Of a DNA stretch of 64,000 nt, positions 53,345-62,916 are shown one piece after another. Position 1 is the first letter of the stretch, and each line of letters begins with the position of its first letter. The DNA lies in NCBI RefSeq assembly GCF_001194135.2, contig NC_068991.1:42620071-42684070 (forward strand), in the 5' to 3' direction. The position numbers and the translations under genes were made by a program. The notes under the pieces were generated by a model, which was given only the letters and a program-made list of their open reading frames with translations, was not told the origin of the DNA and made no database searches. Origin of the DNA: Octopus bimaculoides (taxonomy: Eukaryota).

Positions 53345-54929
53345 GCAACAAACTGGTAGAATTGTTAGCACGCTGGGCCAAATGCTTAGTAGCATTTCCT
53401 CGGTCTTTAGGTTCTGAGTTCAATTTCCACTGAGGTCCACTTTTCCTGTTGTCCTTTTGGGGTTGATAAAATAAGTACCAGTTAAACAATGGGGTTGATG
53501 TAATCGACTTACTCCTCCTCTGAAATTGCTGGCCTTGTACCAAAATTTGAGACCATTATACATATATAGATTTACACACATGCAAACATGTTCATTGACA
53601 GTCTAACAACTGCTAAGTTACGGGGACGTAAACACACCAACACCAGTTGTCATAGTGGTGAGGGACAAAGACACACACATACAAACATACATACATACAT
53701 ACATATATATATATATAAATAAATACAGTGTACATTTAAACACATAAGAGGTATCCATCGTAGGATTCTCTCACGCTAGAAAGAACAGCTAAGTTCCAAA
53801 CCACTATTAGAGATAAAATTTTGAAAGGAATGAAAAATAAAAACATTTACCATTTAGTTCCTGATCCAATTAGTTTCTGACTTATAAAATAAAATAATTT
53901 GCAAGGTGAAGTCTTCATCAGTAGGTACACACAGATCAAACATATATACATGAGGCAATCCAATATATGCCCCATGCTTATACAATCTAATTTTCCAAAT
54001 CTACCGTGCAAGCGCAGTTCCTCATTGGTAATAAATAAATGCCAGCGTTTAAAATTCAAAAATTATCCAGGAAAAGAATTATCAATAATCAATAATATCG
54101 AAGGGTAATAAAAATATTAGAAATTTCTACCACCAGTGGCCTAGCATGTAAAAATTTAGTCCAGAGACTATATATTTTTCTTCGTATAAATACAGTGTAC
54201 ATTTAAACACATAGGAGGTATTCATCATAGGATTCTCTCACGCTAATACGACAGGCTTCTTTCAGTTTCTGTCTATCAAATCCACTCATAAAACTTTGAA
54301 CCTAAGGCTATAGTAAAAGACACTTACCCAAGATACATAGCGATTGATCCCAGAACCATGTAGTTGGGAAACAAACTTCTTTTTTTTTTTTTTTAAATTT
54401 TTTTATTGCCCACAAGGGGCTAAACATAGAGGGGACAAACAAGGACAGACAAATGGATTAAGTCGATTATATCGACCCCAGTGCGTAGCTGGTACTTAAT
54501 TTATCGACCTCGAAAGGATGAAAGACAAAGTCGACCTCGGCGGAATTTGAACTCAGAATGTAACAGCAGACGAAATACCGCTAAGCATTTCGCCCGGCGT
54601 GCTAACTGTTCTGCCATCTCACTGCCTTCTTACCACACAGCCACATCCGAAATGTAGGAAAAATACTGGATCTTTGATGAAGGCAGACATCTTATGAGAC
54701 ACTGAAAGGGTCTTGTTTTTAGTGGGATTCGATTGACAACACATTTGACATTGTCTCTTTCTCTTTCTATTTACAGGTGAAAACTTTGAGGATCCAGATC
54801 CTGCCGCACGCAGACTCTGATGGATTTACCCGAGGAAGCAAACGCAGCCTTTACTTCATTCTTTCCATATCTCTGTTGCAACCTATATTAATGGGATGGC
54901 TAACATACCATATCATATTTCCCCACTGA
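3232..54929 (+). CDS. YIF1B: YIF1-family (Yip1-interacting factor) ER-Golgi multi-pass membrane protein, 309 aa; join(3232..3259,30356..30457,31909..32063,33797..33901,35386..35464,39569..39626,41365..41520,53183..53276,54777..54929)
   Basis: Manual splicing gives an open 930-nt frame: [33 protein letters not shown]...[62 protein letters not shown]...[17 protein letters not shown]...[17 protein letters not shown]...[10 protein letters not shown]...KTLRIQILP...[17 protein letters not shown]. The motifs [23 protein letters not shown] and GYKYVG are hallmarks of YIF1A/B. An invertebrate copy is co-orthologous to both; the B label is conventional. Confidence 0.95.
7210..7620 (-). mobile_element. 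Decayed RTE-like LINE C-terminal fragment
   Basis: Remnant of the R..K.VL...V.G.R.RGR.R..W C-terminal pattern on the - strand; heavily mutated. Confidence 0.35.
7930..8272 (+). mobile_element. Family C retroposon (RTE 3'-UTR-derived)
   Basis: Core GGAAGGGCATCCAGCTGTAGAAAC, ending CGGACGTTAAACGACGATGATGATG. Other copies lie at about 26580-26885(-), 33040-33250(-), 43130-43415(+), 51735-52130(-) and 58690-59030(+). Confidence 0.8.
9719..9947. mobile_element. piggyBac-like MITE (TTAA-flanked)
   Basis: Ends AATGCTAAAGGGTTAA with an inverted TTTAGCATT start. Related copies lie at about 15775-15991, 21200-21366 and 47225-47452. A second TTAACCCTTTTG family is clustered at about 19950-21100 and 27375-27580. 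Confidence 0.6.
10661..11046 (+). mobile_element. Family A tRNA-derived SINE, near full length
   Basis: Same head, internal microsatellite and 3' end as the copy at 57112-57512. Confidence 0.85.
11060..12330 (-). mobile_element. Highly degraded LINE ORF2 fragment (endonuclease C-terminus to RT N-terminus)
   Basis: Minus-strand remnants [29 protein letters not shown] and an RKGR motif; many stops. Lies back-to-back with the + strand LINE at 12480. Confidence 0.55.
12480..13995 (+). mobile_element. Degraded LINE ORF2 fragment (AP endonuclease and linker, ending before RT), RTE-like
   Basis: Contains [32 protein letters not shown] and SSDHQVI (APE motifs), followed by the 181-aa ORF 13448-13993 ending PPEVWKT...[10 protein letters not shown]. 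Confidence 0.82.
17601..18130 (-). mobile_element. ~540-bp retroposon fragment with (TAA)n tail (family X), copy 1
   Basis: Alignable end to end with 18377-18930; the - strand ends GCACTGCTCTCACACTCAATAATAAT. Confidence 0.7.
18377..18930 (-). mobile_element. Family X retroposon fragment, copy 2
   Basis: Diverged homologue of 17601-18130, bounded by (ATT)n on both sides. Confidence 0.7.
18932..19166. repeat. 81-bp tandem repeat, about 3 copies
   Basis: TACC recurs at 19001, 19082 and 19163. Copies 2 and 3 are nearly identical; the first has a short deletion. Confidence 0.9.
19348..19948. other. Assembly gap (N)
   Basis: Run of N. Other gaps lie at 48085-48144, 52730-53056 and 58014-58295. 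Confidence 1.
20053..20246. mobile_element. 194-bp MITE with ~31-bp TIRs and perfect 8-bp TSD
   Basis: GAATTCTGGTTTAAGCACCCCATATAACCC (from 20057) pairs with the right end (to 20242) with one mismatch; AATTTATG occurs at 20045-20052 and 20247-20254. Confidence 0.8.
24440..24790 (+). mobile_element. RTE-clade LINE 3' end
   Basis: [36 protein letters not shown] is the RTE C-terminal signature, followed by a (GAT)n tail at 24777-24790. Confidence 0.8.
25434..26274 (-). mobile_element. Degraded Tc1/mariner-superfamily transposon, DD37D (maT) family
   Basis: Minus-strand fragments [31 protein letters not shown] and [19 protein letters not shown] give 37 residues between the second and third catalytic Asp. 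Terminal inverted repeats are eroded. Confidence 0.85.
27676..27712 (-). pseudogene. U2 snRNA 5'-end fragment (about nt 1-38), decayed
   Basis: The + strand TTGATCTCAGCCAAATGGCCAAGA (27682-27705) matches the reverse complement of conserved U2 (TTGATCTTAGCCAAAAGGCCGAGA) at 21/24 nt. One mismatch is a CpG-type transition; weaker similarity extends on both sides. Confidence 0.65.
27748..29355 (+). mobile_element. Degraded, 5'-truncated non-LTR retrotransposon of the restriction-like-endonuclease group, HERO-like
   Basis: Contains RT motifs [31 protein letters not shown] and [11 protein letters not shown]-terminal blocks are [44 protein letters not shown] and a decayed CCHC knuckle ([27 protein letters not shown]). 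These match HERO-type ORFs from recall; multiple stops and frameshifts. Confidence 0.8.
30356..30457 (+). CDS. YIF1B: YIF1 coding exon 2
   Basis: TTATTTCCCTTGCAG acceptor and GTAACA donor; encodes [33 protein letters not shown]; phase 1/1. Confidence 0.9.
31358..31420. repeat. 16-bp minisatellite (CCACTGGACTTAGATT) x3.5
   Basis: Directly visible tandem units. Confidence 0.85.
31909..32063 (+). CDS. YIF1B: YIF1 coding exon 3
   Basis: Polypyrimidine-TTAG acceptor and GTATGG donor; encodes YPPNSG...[28 protein letters not shown]; phase 1/0. Confidence 0.95.
32085..32480. repeat. Degenerate CAT/CATTAAC-rich low-complexity repeat
   Basis: Recurrent CATTAACATTACTGTCATTACC-like units immediately after exon 3. 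Confidence 0.75.
33797..33901 (+). CDS. YIF1B: YIF1 coding exon 4
   Basis: TTTTACAG / GTAAGT; encodes [35 protein letters not shown]; 105 nt. Confidence 0.97.
35386..35464 (+). CDS. YIF1B: YIF1 coding exon 5
   Basis: ACCAG / GTAAGT; encodes [26 protein letters not shown]; phase 0/1. Confidence 0.97.
35551..37778 (-). mobile_element. Degenerate non-autonomous LTR element (two ~480-bp LTR-like repeats around ~1.27 kb)
   Basis: Direct repeats 35551-36029 and 37301-37778 have TG...CA ends. Both carry TATAAA and AATAAA on the - strand, and TGG (PBS-like) lies just inside the right repeat. No TSD seen. Confidence 0.55.
38515..39262 (+). mobile_element. RTE-clade LINE 3' end with long 3' UTR (family C)
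   Basis: [17 protein letters not shown]...[22 protein letters not shown] runs directly into the family C sequence. That sequence has internal ~60-bp repeats and ends GGCGGACGTTAAATGACGACGAC. Confidence 0.85.
39569..39626 (+). CDS. YIF1B: YIF1 coding exon 6
   Basis: TTTCAG / GTTTGT; encodes [20 protein letters not shown]; phase 1/2. Confidence 0.95.
41365..41520 (+). CDS. YIF1B: YIF1 coding exon 7
   Basis: TTTCCAG / GTGAGT; encodes [52 protein letters not shown]; phase 2/2. Confidence 0.97.
44635..45035 (-). mobile_element. RTE 3' end / family C copy
   Basis: Starts with CATCATTTAACATCCG (tail, reversed) and ends in a decayed RTE C-terminus ([15 protein letters not shown]). Confidence 0.75.
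48173..48671. mobile_element. Fold-back (long inverted-repeat) element in (TA)n
   Basis: Arms 48262-48429 and 48504-48671 are reverse complements; a unique ~90-bp extension lies on the left next to (TA)n. Confidence 0.75.
48988..49990 (-). mobile_element. 3' part of a hAT transposon, Buster/SPIN/Charlie (GTF2IRD2-like) group
   Basis: Terminus CAGGGGTTGGCAAC at 48988, preceded by ATCTATAT (similar to the NTCTAGAN target). Minus-strand frames read [40 protein letters not shown] and [38 protein letters not shown]...HQVSH* (stop at 49243-49245). Confidence 0.85.
52211..52650. mobile_element. Fold-back element of the same family in (TA)n
   Basis: Arms 52211-52334 and 52432-52555 are reverse complements; the ~90-bp extension lies on the right. 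Confidence 0.75.
53183..53276 (+). CDS. YIF1B: YIF1 coding exon 8
   Basis: TTTTCCAG / GTAAGT; encodes [31 protein letters not shown]; phase 2/0. Confidence 0.95.
53719..54245 (-). mobile_element. Penelope-like element terminal fragment (467-bp unit plus 60-bp direct repeat) with a hammerhead core
   Basis: 53719-53778 and 54186-54245 are 57/60 identical. The - strand CTGATGA...GAAAC lies at 53873-53921. The fragment is inserted in the (TA)n block of a family A SINE. Confidence 0.55.
54382..54625 (-). mobile_element. Young family B tRNA-derived SINE with A-rich tail and TSD
   Basis: Has B-box GTTCAAATTCC, retained CpGs, a poly(T) tract on the + strand and flanking CTTCTT repeats (54376-54381, 54626-54631). 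Other family B copies lie at about 5975-6295(-), 17140-17587(+, two), 18150-18365(+), 30815-31020(+), 40033-40245(+), 40665-40860(-), 53340-53555(-), 60185-60390(-) and 60925-61140(+). Confidence 0.85.
54777..54929 (+). CDS. YIF1B: YIF1 coding exon 9 (terminal, TGA at 54927-54929)
   Basis: TTTACAG acceptor; encodes [50 protein letters not shown]. Confidence 0.96.
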   Translation: MKTLRIQILPHADSDGFTRGSKRSLYFILSISLLQPILMGWLTYHIIFPH

Positions 54930-56920
54930 AGGCTTTGATATGTTTTCTGGATGTTTTGGGTGGGAACACATGCACATACACACTCACACACATGCTTTTA
55001 AATATGAATAGAGATACACAAAGTAACACTTATACATATAAAGGCTTATAGCTAAACATATATCCATATAAAAGCATACACACATTAAAGACATAAATAC
55101 TGGCATGTATTCATACACACACATGCATATAAGCACACACTCACATATATAAAAATAAGCTCTTAAACATGTGCTCTTCGTTATGCTTAACTATCACTAG
55201 ATACATCTTTTAAGTTTCTAGAATCCATTTCCTTAAGATATTTCACACAACATGACATGCTACTTACACAAAAATAACAAAAGAAAGAAAAGATAATAAT
55301 AGTCAAAAGCATTTCATTCTACATCTTAAATATCTTTATTGTTTACTTCTTTTTTCACCTTATTTTCAAAACCAAATATTTTCTTGTTGCTTCTCTTCTG
55401 TCGTTATGAAATGCCATTTATATTTTAATTAAATTTCAATCTGTTTCCTTCAATTTAACCTGTATTTTTTTATTATTATTTTGTTGCAATGAACAATATA
55501 TTTTTAAAACCCTTGCTTCTAGTAAAACTGAAATTTTTTTCCTGTTTTGTTCAGATTTTTAAAAAAAAGGGGGGGAAAATATTTAAAACCTACAAAAAAA
55601 AACAAAAACAGTTAAAATTATTTTTGTTTAGGGAATTTCTTATCTAAAAAAAAAATTCTGTTACTGACTTGTTAGACCCTTTATAAATCCCTTTACTTCC
55701 ATCACAAGTGTTACAATCTTTACATTGTGGTACAGCACTATGCTCTTGTGCTGGCTACATTAAACATTACTCTTCTTGTCAGGACACCAGATGATGCAAC
55801 ACAAGTATAGATGCCAATGTTATGTCATTCTAGTTGTGAGTGTGGTTGGGATGATGTCAGTGTTTGATTGAAGACTTTCAGAATCACTCAGTCAAGTCCT
55901 AACATTTGGAAAATGTTAAGTATTGATTGAAGAAAGCTTTACAGAACTTGATGTGAAAAAAAGCAGACCTCAAAAGATGATTAATTATTAAATAAAAAAT
56001 TTGGTGATTGGAAGGCTAATGAATTTATTATCTTATAGATAATAAGACAAATTTATGCTCCAACTTTGCTTATCTGTATCTTATTTGTATAATGTCCTCA
56101 TGCGTCATTGCAGAGATCAACAGTGATTAATGGCTGACTACCTTTGTTTTATTTATTTATTTTTTTTTTTTTGTGAAATTTGTTCAGTGTTCATCAAACT
56201 AGTAAAATAGCTCCCTTTTTTTTAACTGAGAAGCAATCTAGTTTGTGATTGTGGCTGGACCATTAGAAAGAGAGCTTCTGCTACAGAACTTTATATTAAA
56301 TGCTAATGGGAACATTTTAATAATTTTCCAACTCATACTTAACATGGAGTAATTTTATATGTAAATAAAAAAGGAATATGCACAGTAAAAAAAAAAAAAA
56401 CAATTTGTTCTGTTCTATATGAATGAATGAAATCATATATTGACTTGTGTTTCTGTTGTGTGAATGACAATTTATCAAAAGAAAAAAATGAAGTTAATGT
56501 TGCATTTATTTGTGCCAGTTTGTTGGCCAAATGATAGTTTGTATTTCATCAGTGTGCACTGAATTCTTGGGGAAGACACTCAACTTTCAATGACACAGTC
56601 TACCTAGGTAAACATAAAACAACAATAAAAATGGTTTACTGCTGAGATTAATGAAAGTGTCATTAACCTACAATGTTTATGCATTAAATCCTTCCACAGG
56701 CCCAGAGAATGAAATAAGAAACTACATACTCCTATGTAGTTTCTTTGGAATCACTCAAGAAAGACCAAATCTTTAGCATTACTTTAATGTCCAGTATGAC
56801 AGTAATTCAATAGACAACTATCTCTGTTGGGGGTGAAATATTTCGGTAAATGTTTATAAAAACCAACAATGACTTTTTGCATCTGAAGCAAATAAAAGTG
56901 TATGATTTTCTGAATATCAT
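54930..56920 (+). other. Probable YIF1 3' UTR (up to about 2 kb) with candidate poly(A) signals
   Basis: AU-rich stretch free of the SINE families after the stop codon. Several AATAAA occur; the one at 56891-56896 is followed by a long T-rich downstream element. The true end cannot be determined from sequence. Confidence 0.5.
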
Positions 56921-57111
56921 TCTTTATCTGATTTTATTTATTTCTTATCTATTTTTCCATTTTTTTTTTCTTCTAAAGTTTTTCTCTCCATCAAAATTTG
57001 TTGGTTAGCCAGAATCAAAGAGATCTGTGATCAAAGCATTCCACTCATGGCCACTCCATCTTTATTGTATATCTAGGATTAGCAGCAGTAGTGCCCTGTC
57101 TTGCTGTCATT

Positions 57112-57512
57112 TACTCTTTTACTTGTTTCAGTCATTTGACTGTAGCCATGCTGGAGCACCACCTTTAGTCGAGCAAAACGACCCCAGGACTTATTTTTTG
57201 TAAGCCTAGTACTTATTCTATCAGTCTCTTTTGCCGAACTGCTAAGTTACGGGGACGTAAACACACCAGCATCGGTTGTCAAGCGATGTTGGTGGGGGTG
57301 GGGGACAAACACAGACACACAAACACACACACATATATATACATATACATTTATATATATACAATGGGCTTCTTTCAAATCCACTCACAAGGCTTTGGTT
57401 AGCCCAAGGCTATAGTAGAAAACACTTGCACAAGGTGCCACGCAGTGGGACTGAACCCAGAACCATGTGGTTGGTAAGCAAGCTACTTACCACACAGCCA
57501 CTCCTGCGCCTA
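57112..57512 (-). mobile_element. Family A tRNA-derived SINE, near full length
   Basis: Has a Pol III A/B-box-like head (TGGCTGTGTGG...GGTTCAGTCCC), an internal (TA/TG)n block and a 3' end GACTGAAACAAGTAAAAGA. Other copies lie at about 1197-1520(-), 31030-31210(-), 31495-31830(+), 43460-43790(+), 43820-44180(-), 50220-50375(-), 53595-54645(-, interrupted) and 63240-63390(+). Confidence 0.85.
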
Positions 57513-57619
57513 TTTGAAGTTATAGAAAAAGTCAAATACAGTATTATTTTCTTCTTGAAAAGTGCTTCTATGCAAATATTCATTGATCTAGGTGCAAATC
57601 TATAGCCTACAGTCTAAAA

Positions 57620-58636
57620 CAGTAGTTCTCAGTCAGAGTCTATATGGCCCTTGGGGATCCATACAAGATTTTGTTGTTAAAATTTATCTGCAATAAATTA
57701 CTTGTACTTCTACAATATACAAAGTATTTTAATTTTATTTATATACAATTCCTAATAATATTCAGTTATGAAAATATAATGGGATTTTATTTAAACATCG
57801 AATGGCTATGAGGGTCCATCATCATCATCATCATCATCGTTTAACGTCCGCCTTCCATGCTAGCATGGGTTGGACGATTTGACTGAGGACTGGCGAAACC
57901 GGATGGCAACACCAGGCTCCAATCTAATTTGGCAGAGTTTCTACAGCTGGATGCCCTTCCTAACGCCAACCACTCAGAGAGTGTAGTGGGTGCTTTTACG
58001 TGTCACCCGCACGNNNNNNNNNNNNNNNNNNNNNNNNNNNNNNNNNNNNNNNNNNNNNNNNNNNNNNNNNNNNNNNNNNNNNNNNNNNNNNNNNNNNNNN
58101 NNNNNNNNNNNNNNNNNNNNNNNNNNNNNNNNNNNNNNNNNNNNNNNNNNNNNNNNNNNNNNNNNNNNNNNNNNNNNNNNNNNNNNNNNNNNNNNNNNNN
58201 NNNNNNNNNNNNNNNNNNNNNNNNNNNNNNNNNNNNNNNNNNNNNNNNNNNNNNNNNNNNNNNNNNNNNNNNNNNNNNNNNNNNNNNNNNNNNNNATGTG
58301 TCGCTCGCACATGAGCCAGTCCAGGGGCACTGGCAACGATCCCGCTCGAAAGATTTCATGTGTTGCCCGCACATGGGCCAGTCCGGGGGCACTGGCAAAC
58401 GATCCCGCTCGAAAAAAAAAAAAAAAGCCTCATGTGTCACCCGCACAAGAGCCAGTCCAGGAGCACTGGCAACGACCTCGCTCGAAAAACCCCATGTGTC
58501 GCCCGCACACGAGCCAGCCCGGGGGCACCGGCAACAACCTCGCTCGAAAAACCTCATGTGTCACCCGCAAGCCGGCCCAGTAAAATAAAATAGGAATCAA
58601 AGGGGTCCATAGACAAAAAGGGATTGAGAGCCACTG
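57620..58636. mobile_element. Charlie-like hAT MITE interrupted by the family C insertion
   Basis: TIRs CAGTAGTTCTCA / TGAGAGCCACTG and an 8-bp TSD GTCTAAAA (57612-57619) / GTCTAGAA (58637-58644), matching the NTCTAGAN target. Confidence 0.8.
57818..58578 (-). mobile_element. Young family C copy with expanded ~62-bp internal minisatellite, nested in a hAT MITE
   Basis: (CAT)n tail at 57818-57838 and CpG-rich core. At least 4.5 tandem units ATGTGTC.C.CGCAC..GAGCCAGTCC.GGGGCACTGGCAACGA.C.CGCTCGAAA follow the gap. Confidence 0.85.
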
Positions 58637-61600
58637 GTCTAGAATACATACATTGTGTTTTATATATCAAGATTATATAGTCCATTGTATCTTATTTTTA
58701 TGATGGTAGGATTAAAGGATCTACAGATGTTGGGACTCACAGAGGGGATGACAGGACTGAGACTCCTGGCAGTTTGCTGTGCTTGAAAAGACATGACTAA
58801 GTACAGGCTCATCCCTTTCAACCCTCAGCTGAGCATCTCTAATCTTGCAGGCTCATAAGGTGCTGGTGCTATGTAAAAAGTACCCAGTACACTCTGTAAA
58901 GTGGTTAGTGTTAGAAAGGGCATCCAGCTGTAGAAACCATGCCAAAACAGACATGGAGCCCGAACAGTCCTTCAGCTGGTCAGCTCCTGTCAAACCCATG
59001 CCAGCATGGAAAACGGGCATTAAATGATGATATAGTTTCTTGTGCTATGAGAGTGTGATTTAGGAGGTATTTGGTTGCTTGTTCTAGCATGTTGAAGGCT
59101 CCTTAATTTGGTTGATTGAGATAGTGTTAATACCCCATCAATATTCCAGCATAAGGAATAAAAGACTGTTTTGCCCTATGAGACCTTCACATCAAGTGGA
59201 TGACAGCTTGGAAAGAGGTTAGTACATTCCATTGCCAGGAAATGTGATGCAAAATCTAGTCTTTAGTTGTGAAACAACAATGATTAAAGATAAGGCTAAG
59301 TGCTTAAGCTGAGTTACACCTGTCAGTCAAAGAGTCAGGCATTTGAACCTACCATAGTGTCTCTGTGTTACTAACCCCAGTGAATAGATGCAGATAGGTA
59401 CCATAGGTAAGTGCAGTTCAATATGGCTTGCAATAGTGGCAAATATTTTTGTTTAGCTGTAGTCAGTCCTGATTGAGTAAACCTATGGTCAAAAACATTA
59501 CAAGTGTGACCTTTGCCGTCAGTCTAAGGATATCCAGGACTAAATTATTTAATATGCCCTTCTCTTTTACTTCATTTGATGGAGATTTTGTTGATATTTC
59601 TAGCAGGTCAGATAATCAATTAGAAGTTCCTTTGTTCAGTTGCAATTGACAAGCATTTCATTATCTTGTTGTGCTGGCTTCTATGGTTATGGAGGTTGGA
59701 TGGATGCCATCTGTTGTATTATAAGTGACCTCTAAAGCAAGGCTAGATAGATACTGTCTGTAACATTAAAAGTGAGCTATAAATTTTAAGAAATGGTCCT
59801 GACAAACTACATAAATCTGTTATCAGTTCCCAGTTGTAGCTATTTCAGTTGGAAATGACACTCATAAGGGAATGAATGCTATAACTTTTTATTTCCTCTT
59901 CTCAAAGAAGGTAACAGGAAGTCACTCTAGTTTACTCTACCTACAGACACTGCAAAGATACAAATTATGGTCAAAACTGAATAAGCTGCTACTAAAAAAG
60001 AGATATGAGAATTTCCTCATACATTTAACATGTTTTCTCATGCTTTCATAGCTTGGACCAGCAATTATTTGGGACAGAATTTACAACTGGAAACTTTTTC
60101 CTGTCTCCAACCTTTACCTGCTTTTCAAGAAAGGGATTTTTTTTATTGTAGATTTCTTTGAAGATGCAGAACAATCCAGTCATAATCCTTTCTACTATAG
60201 GTACAAGGCCTGAAATTTTGGAAGAGGGTTTGTTGATTGCATTGACTGCAGTGCTCAACTAGTACTTATTTCATTGACTCTGAAAAGTAAAACTAACCTC
60301 AGTGAAATTTGAACTCAGAACATTAAGATGGATGAAATGCTGCTAAGCATTTTGTCTGGTGCTCTAATGATTCTGCTAGCTTGCCACCTTAGAGCGATCA
60401 GTCATAATATCAACATTATCCCTGTTTTCATCAAGTGATGACAAGAATGGAATATCAATGTTCATGCATATTTACAAACAAATATACACACACCCACAAT
60501 GTGCTTCTTACAGTTTTCCCTCCACTGAATTCACTTAAACAACATTGATTAGTCATTGACTATAGTTAAAGATACTAATTGAAGGTGCTGTACAGTGAGC
60601 CTGAGCCTAAAAACCACCTGGTTCCAAAGCAAAATTCTTAACGAAGCAGCCATGCTTGAACCTTCGATACAAAAGCTTGAAGGATTTTTTACTAAGTTGT
60701 AGGATCATTATCTTTAAGAAATTTGTGAGCAATATTGTAAAAGCGATCTGTTAAATGTCTTCATAATTCTTTTTGGAAAATACACCATCTCTTAATTTTT
60801 CATTGTATTTGGTATCAATAATAGGCAGGCATGGAATGTTAGAACATGAATAACCAAGACAAGAAGATACTGAAAAAAAAAAAATAGCTATATTGGTTGG
60901 CAGTTTAATATTCTGTTACCACAAGGTAGTGAGCTGGCAGAGTTGTTAGCACTCTGGACAAAATGCTTAGCAGTATTTCATTTTTATGTTCTGAGTTCAG
61001 ATTCCGCCAAGTTTGACTTTATCTTTCATCCTTTCAGGGTCAATAAAATAATAATAAGTACCAGTTGAGTACTGGGGTCAATGTAATTGACTTACCTTCA
61101 CCCCTGAAATTTCTGGCCTTGTGCCAAAATTTGAAAGCAATATTCTGTTATCCATCTGCTCTGTGTCCATGGCTAAGTTCACAGTTGTAAATATTTTACA
61201 TGCTCAGAATTGTTGAAGCATGAAATAAACTACTCTCATTGGTTATTAGCTGTTAGGCTGCTGTAGTCTTCAAAAATTCCAAGCTTTCCCAAATTTTCCA
61301 ACACTACTCCTGATGTGCCTATGCACCCTTCCTTCTTTATGGCTGTTTTATTGTTCACTTTTCTGCCTTTTTGTGCTTTATCCTGTGTTCTACACATGTA
61401 CTTTCGACCATCATTGCTGTCTTTCTTTACTTAACCCATTGCAGCTTTCTGTCCCTTTTTCTGATGATTTGTAGTGCACCTGAGTACTATATACAATAAC
61501 AGGCCTTGTAGTTATAGTAGAAAGGATTATTATACACTCAATGTGGTATAATTAACAGTCTGAGCATTGTCAAATTAATGTGCTTATTAGCTTGACAAGG

Positions 61601-62199
61601 AGCTGAGATCTAGTTCCTATGTTGGTCTGAATAAAGAAATTGAAAACCACATTAGCTATGTTAAGTCCAGGTCTTCAATAGTGCTCCATTTAAGCCAGTA
61701 GAGCAGTTTAGAGTGAAGTTACATTCTTTGTGAGAAGAGTATGTGACTGGGCTTGAATTTTTCTTGTCATTCCACTTATATTGTTAATCTTCTTGAGAAA
61801 TATCACTGAAGTTTTATGCCTTTCTATAGGAAGTCAGTGAAGTAGGTGAATTATTTTATTAACTATTCTTTATTCAAATCTAGTTGTAGATAATCTTTTG
61901 TTACTGTTTAACCTAGTTCAACCTAAACTGAACTGTGTTATAATTAGAGGTATTCCAATTATAACGCACTCAGCTTTTCTTCAGACTAAGTGTACCTAGA
62001 ACTACATTTTGCAATGTGTCCTTCATTATTTTTCAAGATAGGAGCATGTAATAGGGAAGAAGGATGATTTGTCTGCTATCTCTAGCAGGCCAAATGACCA
62101 TATAGAGGTTTTTTGTTTGTCTCACTTCAATTGTTCTTGTTTTGATTACTTTATAACAAAAGATTAGATACTGACAGTTTCAGATCCTCAAGTAAAAAA

Positions 62200-62460
62200 A
62201 AACAAGACTTAAGAAGGTTACAGGTTCTCTGTCACAAGAAGATCAAGACATAAAGAGATGGCAGATCCCCAATCTTTCAAGAAGACCAAGACATAAGGAA
62301 GTTGTGGATCTCCATATCACAGCAGACCAAGACTTAAGAGAATGGTAGATTTATATTGCAAAAAGACCAAGACATAGGGAAATCCTTATATCTGGAGAAG
62401 TCCAAGACTTGGAGAAGCAGTAGGGCCTTGGTCCGGAAAAGACCAAAACATGAGAAGAAA
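62200..62460 (+). repeat. Diverged ~41-bp tandem array with conserved GACCAAGAC(A/T) core, 7 units
   Basis: CAAGAC at 62203, 62244, 62287, 62328, 62368 and 62403, and CAAAAC at 62444. Confidence 0.8.
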
Positions 62461-62872
62461 TATTTGGTCAAATCTAAGGGTGTTGAGCTGCACGGACAAG
62501 ATGACATGGATTGAGTGAAATTGCAGGATATTGAAGAACAAAAAATGATTTTGAAATAACTTAAAACTATTACAATTGAAACAGTGTCTCTCCAAGCACT
62601 TTTGGAAATGATGGCCTGAAGAAATATTTACCATGCAAATTCTGGAATTTACTGCTTAAGAGGATTTATCTGAAATTGTCAATAAGATTAAAGAATTCAA
62701 CTTGATAAACAAATAAACAACCTTTAACAACATCTTGCAATTGTTTACCTAATTTAGAACAGTTAAGCCATTTTCTATCTCCCCCACTCTCTCTCATGAT
62801 TTTATTTTCTTCATTAATAAATAGAATCTTGTTTTCCATAGTGACTAAATACTTTAAGTTAAGTGTTGTTTG

Positions 62873-62916
<44 letters not shown>

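Noticed and set aside
62200-62460. CRISPR-like repeat/spacer appearance
   Set aside because: Eukaryotic context, a core of only about 10 bp that is non-palindromic, spacers related to each other, and no cas genes.
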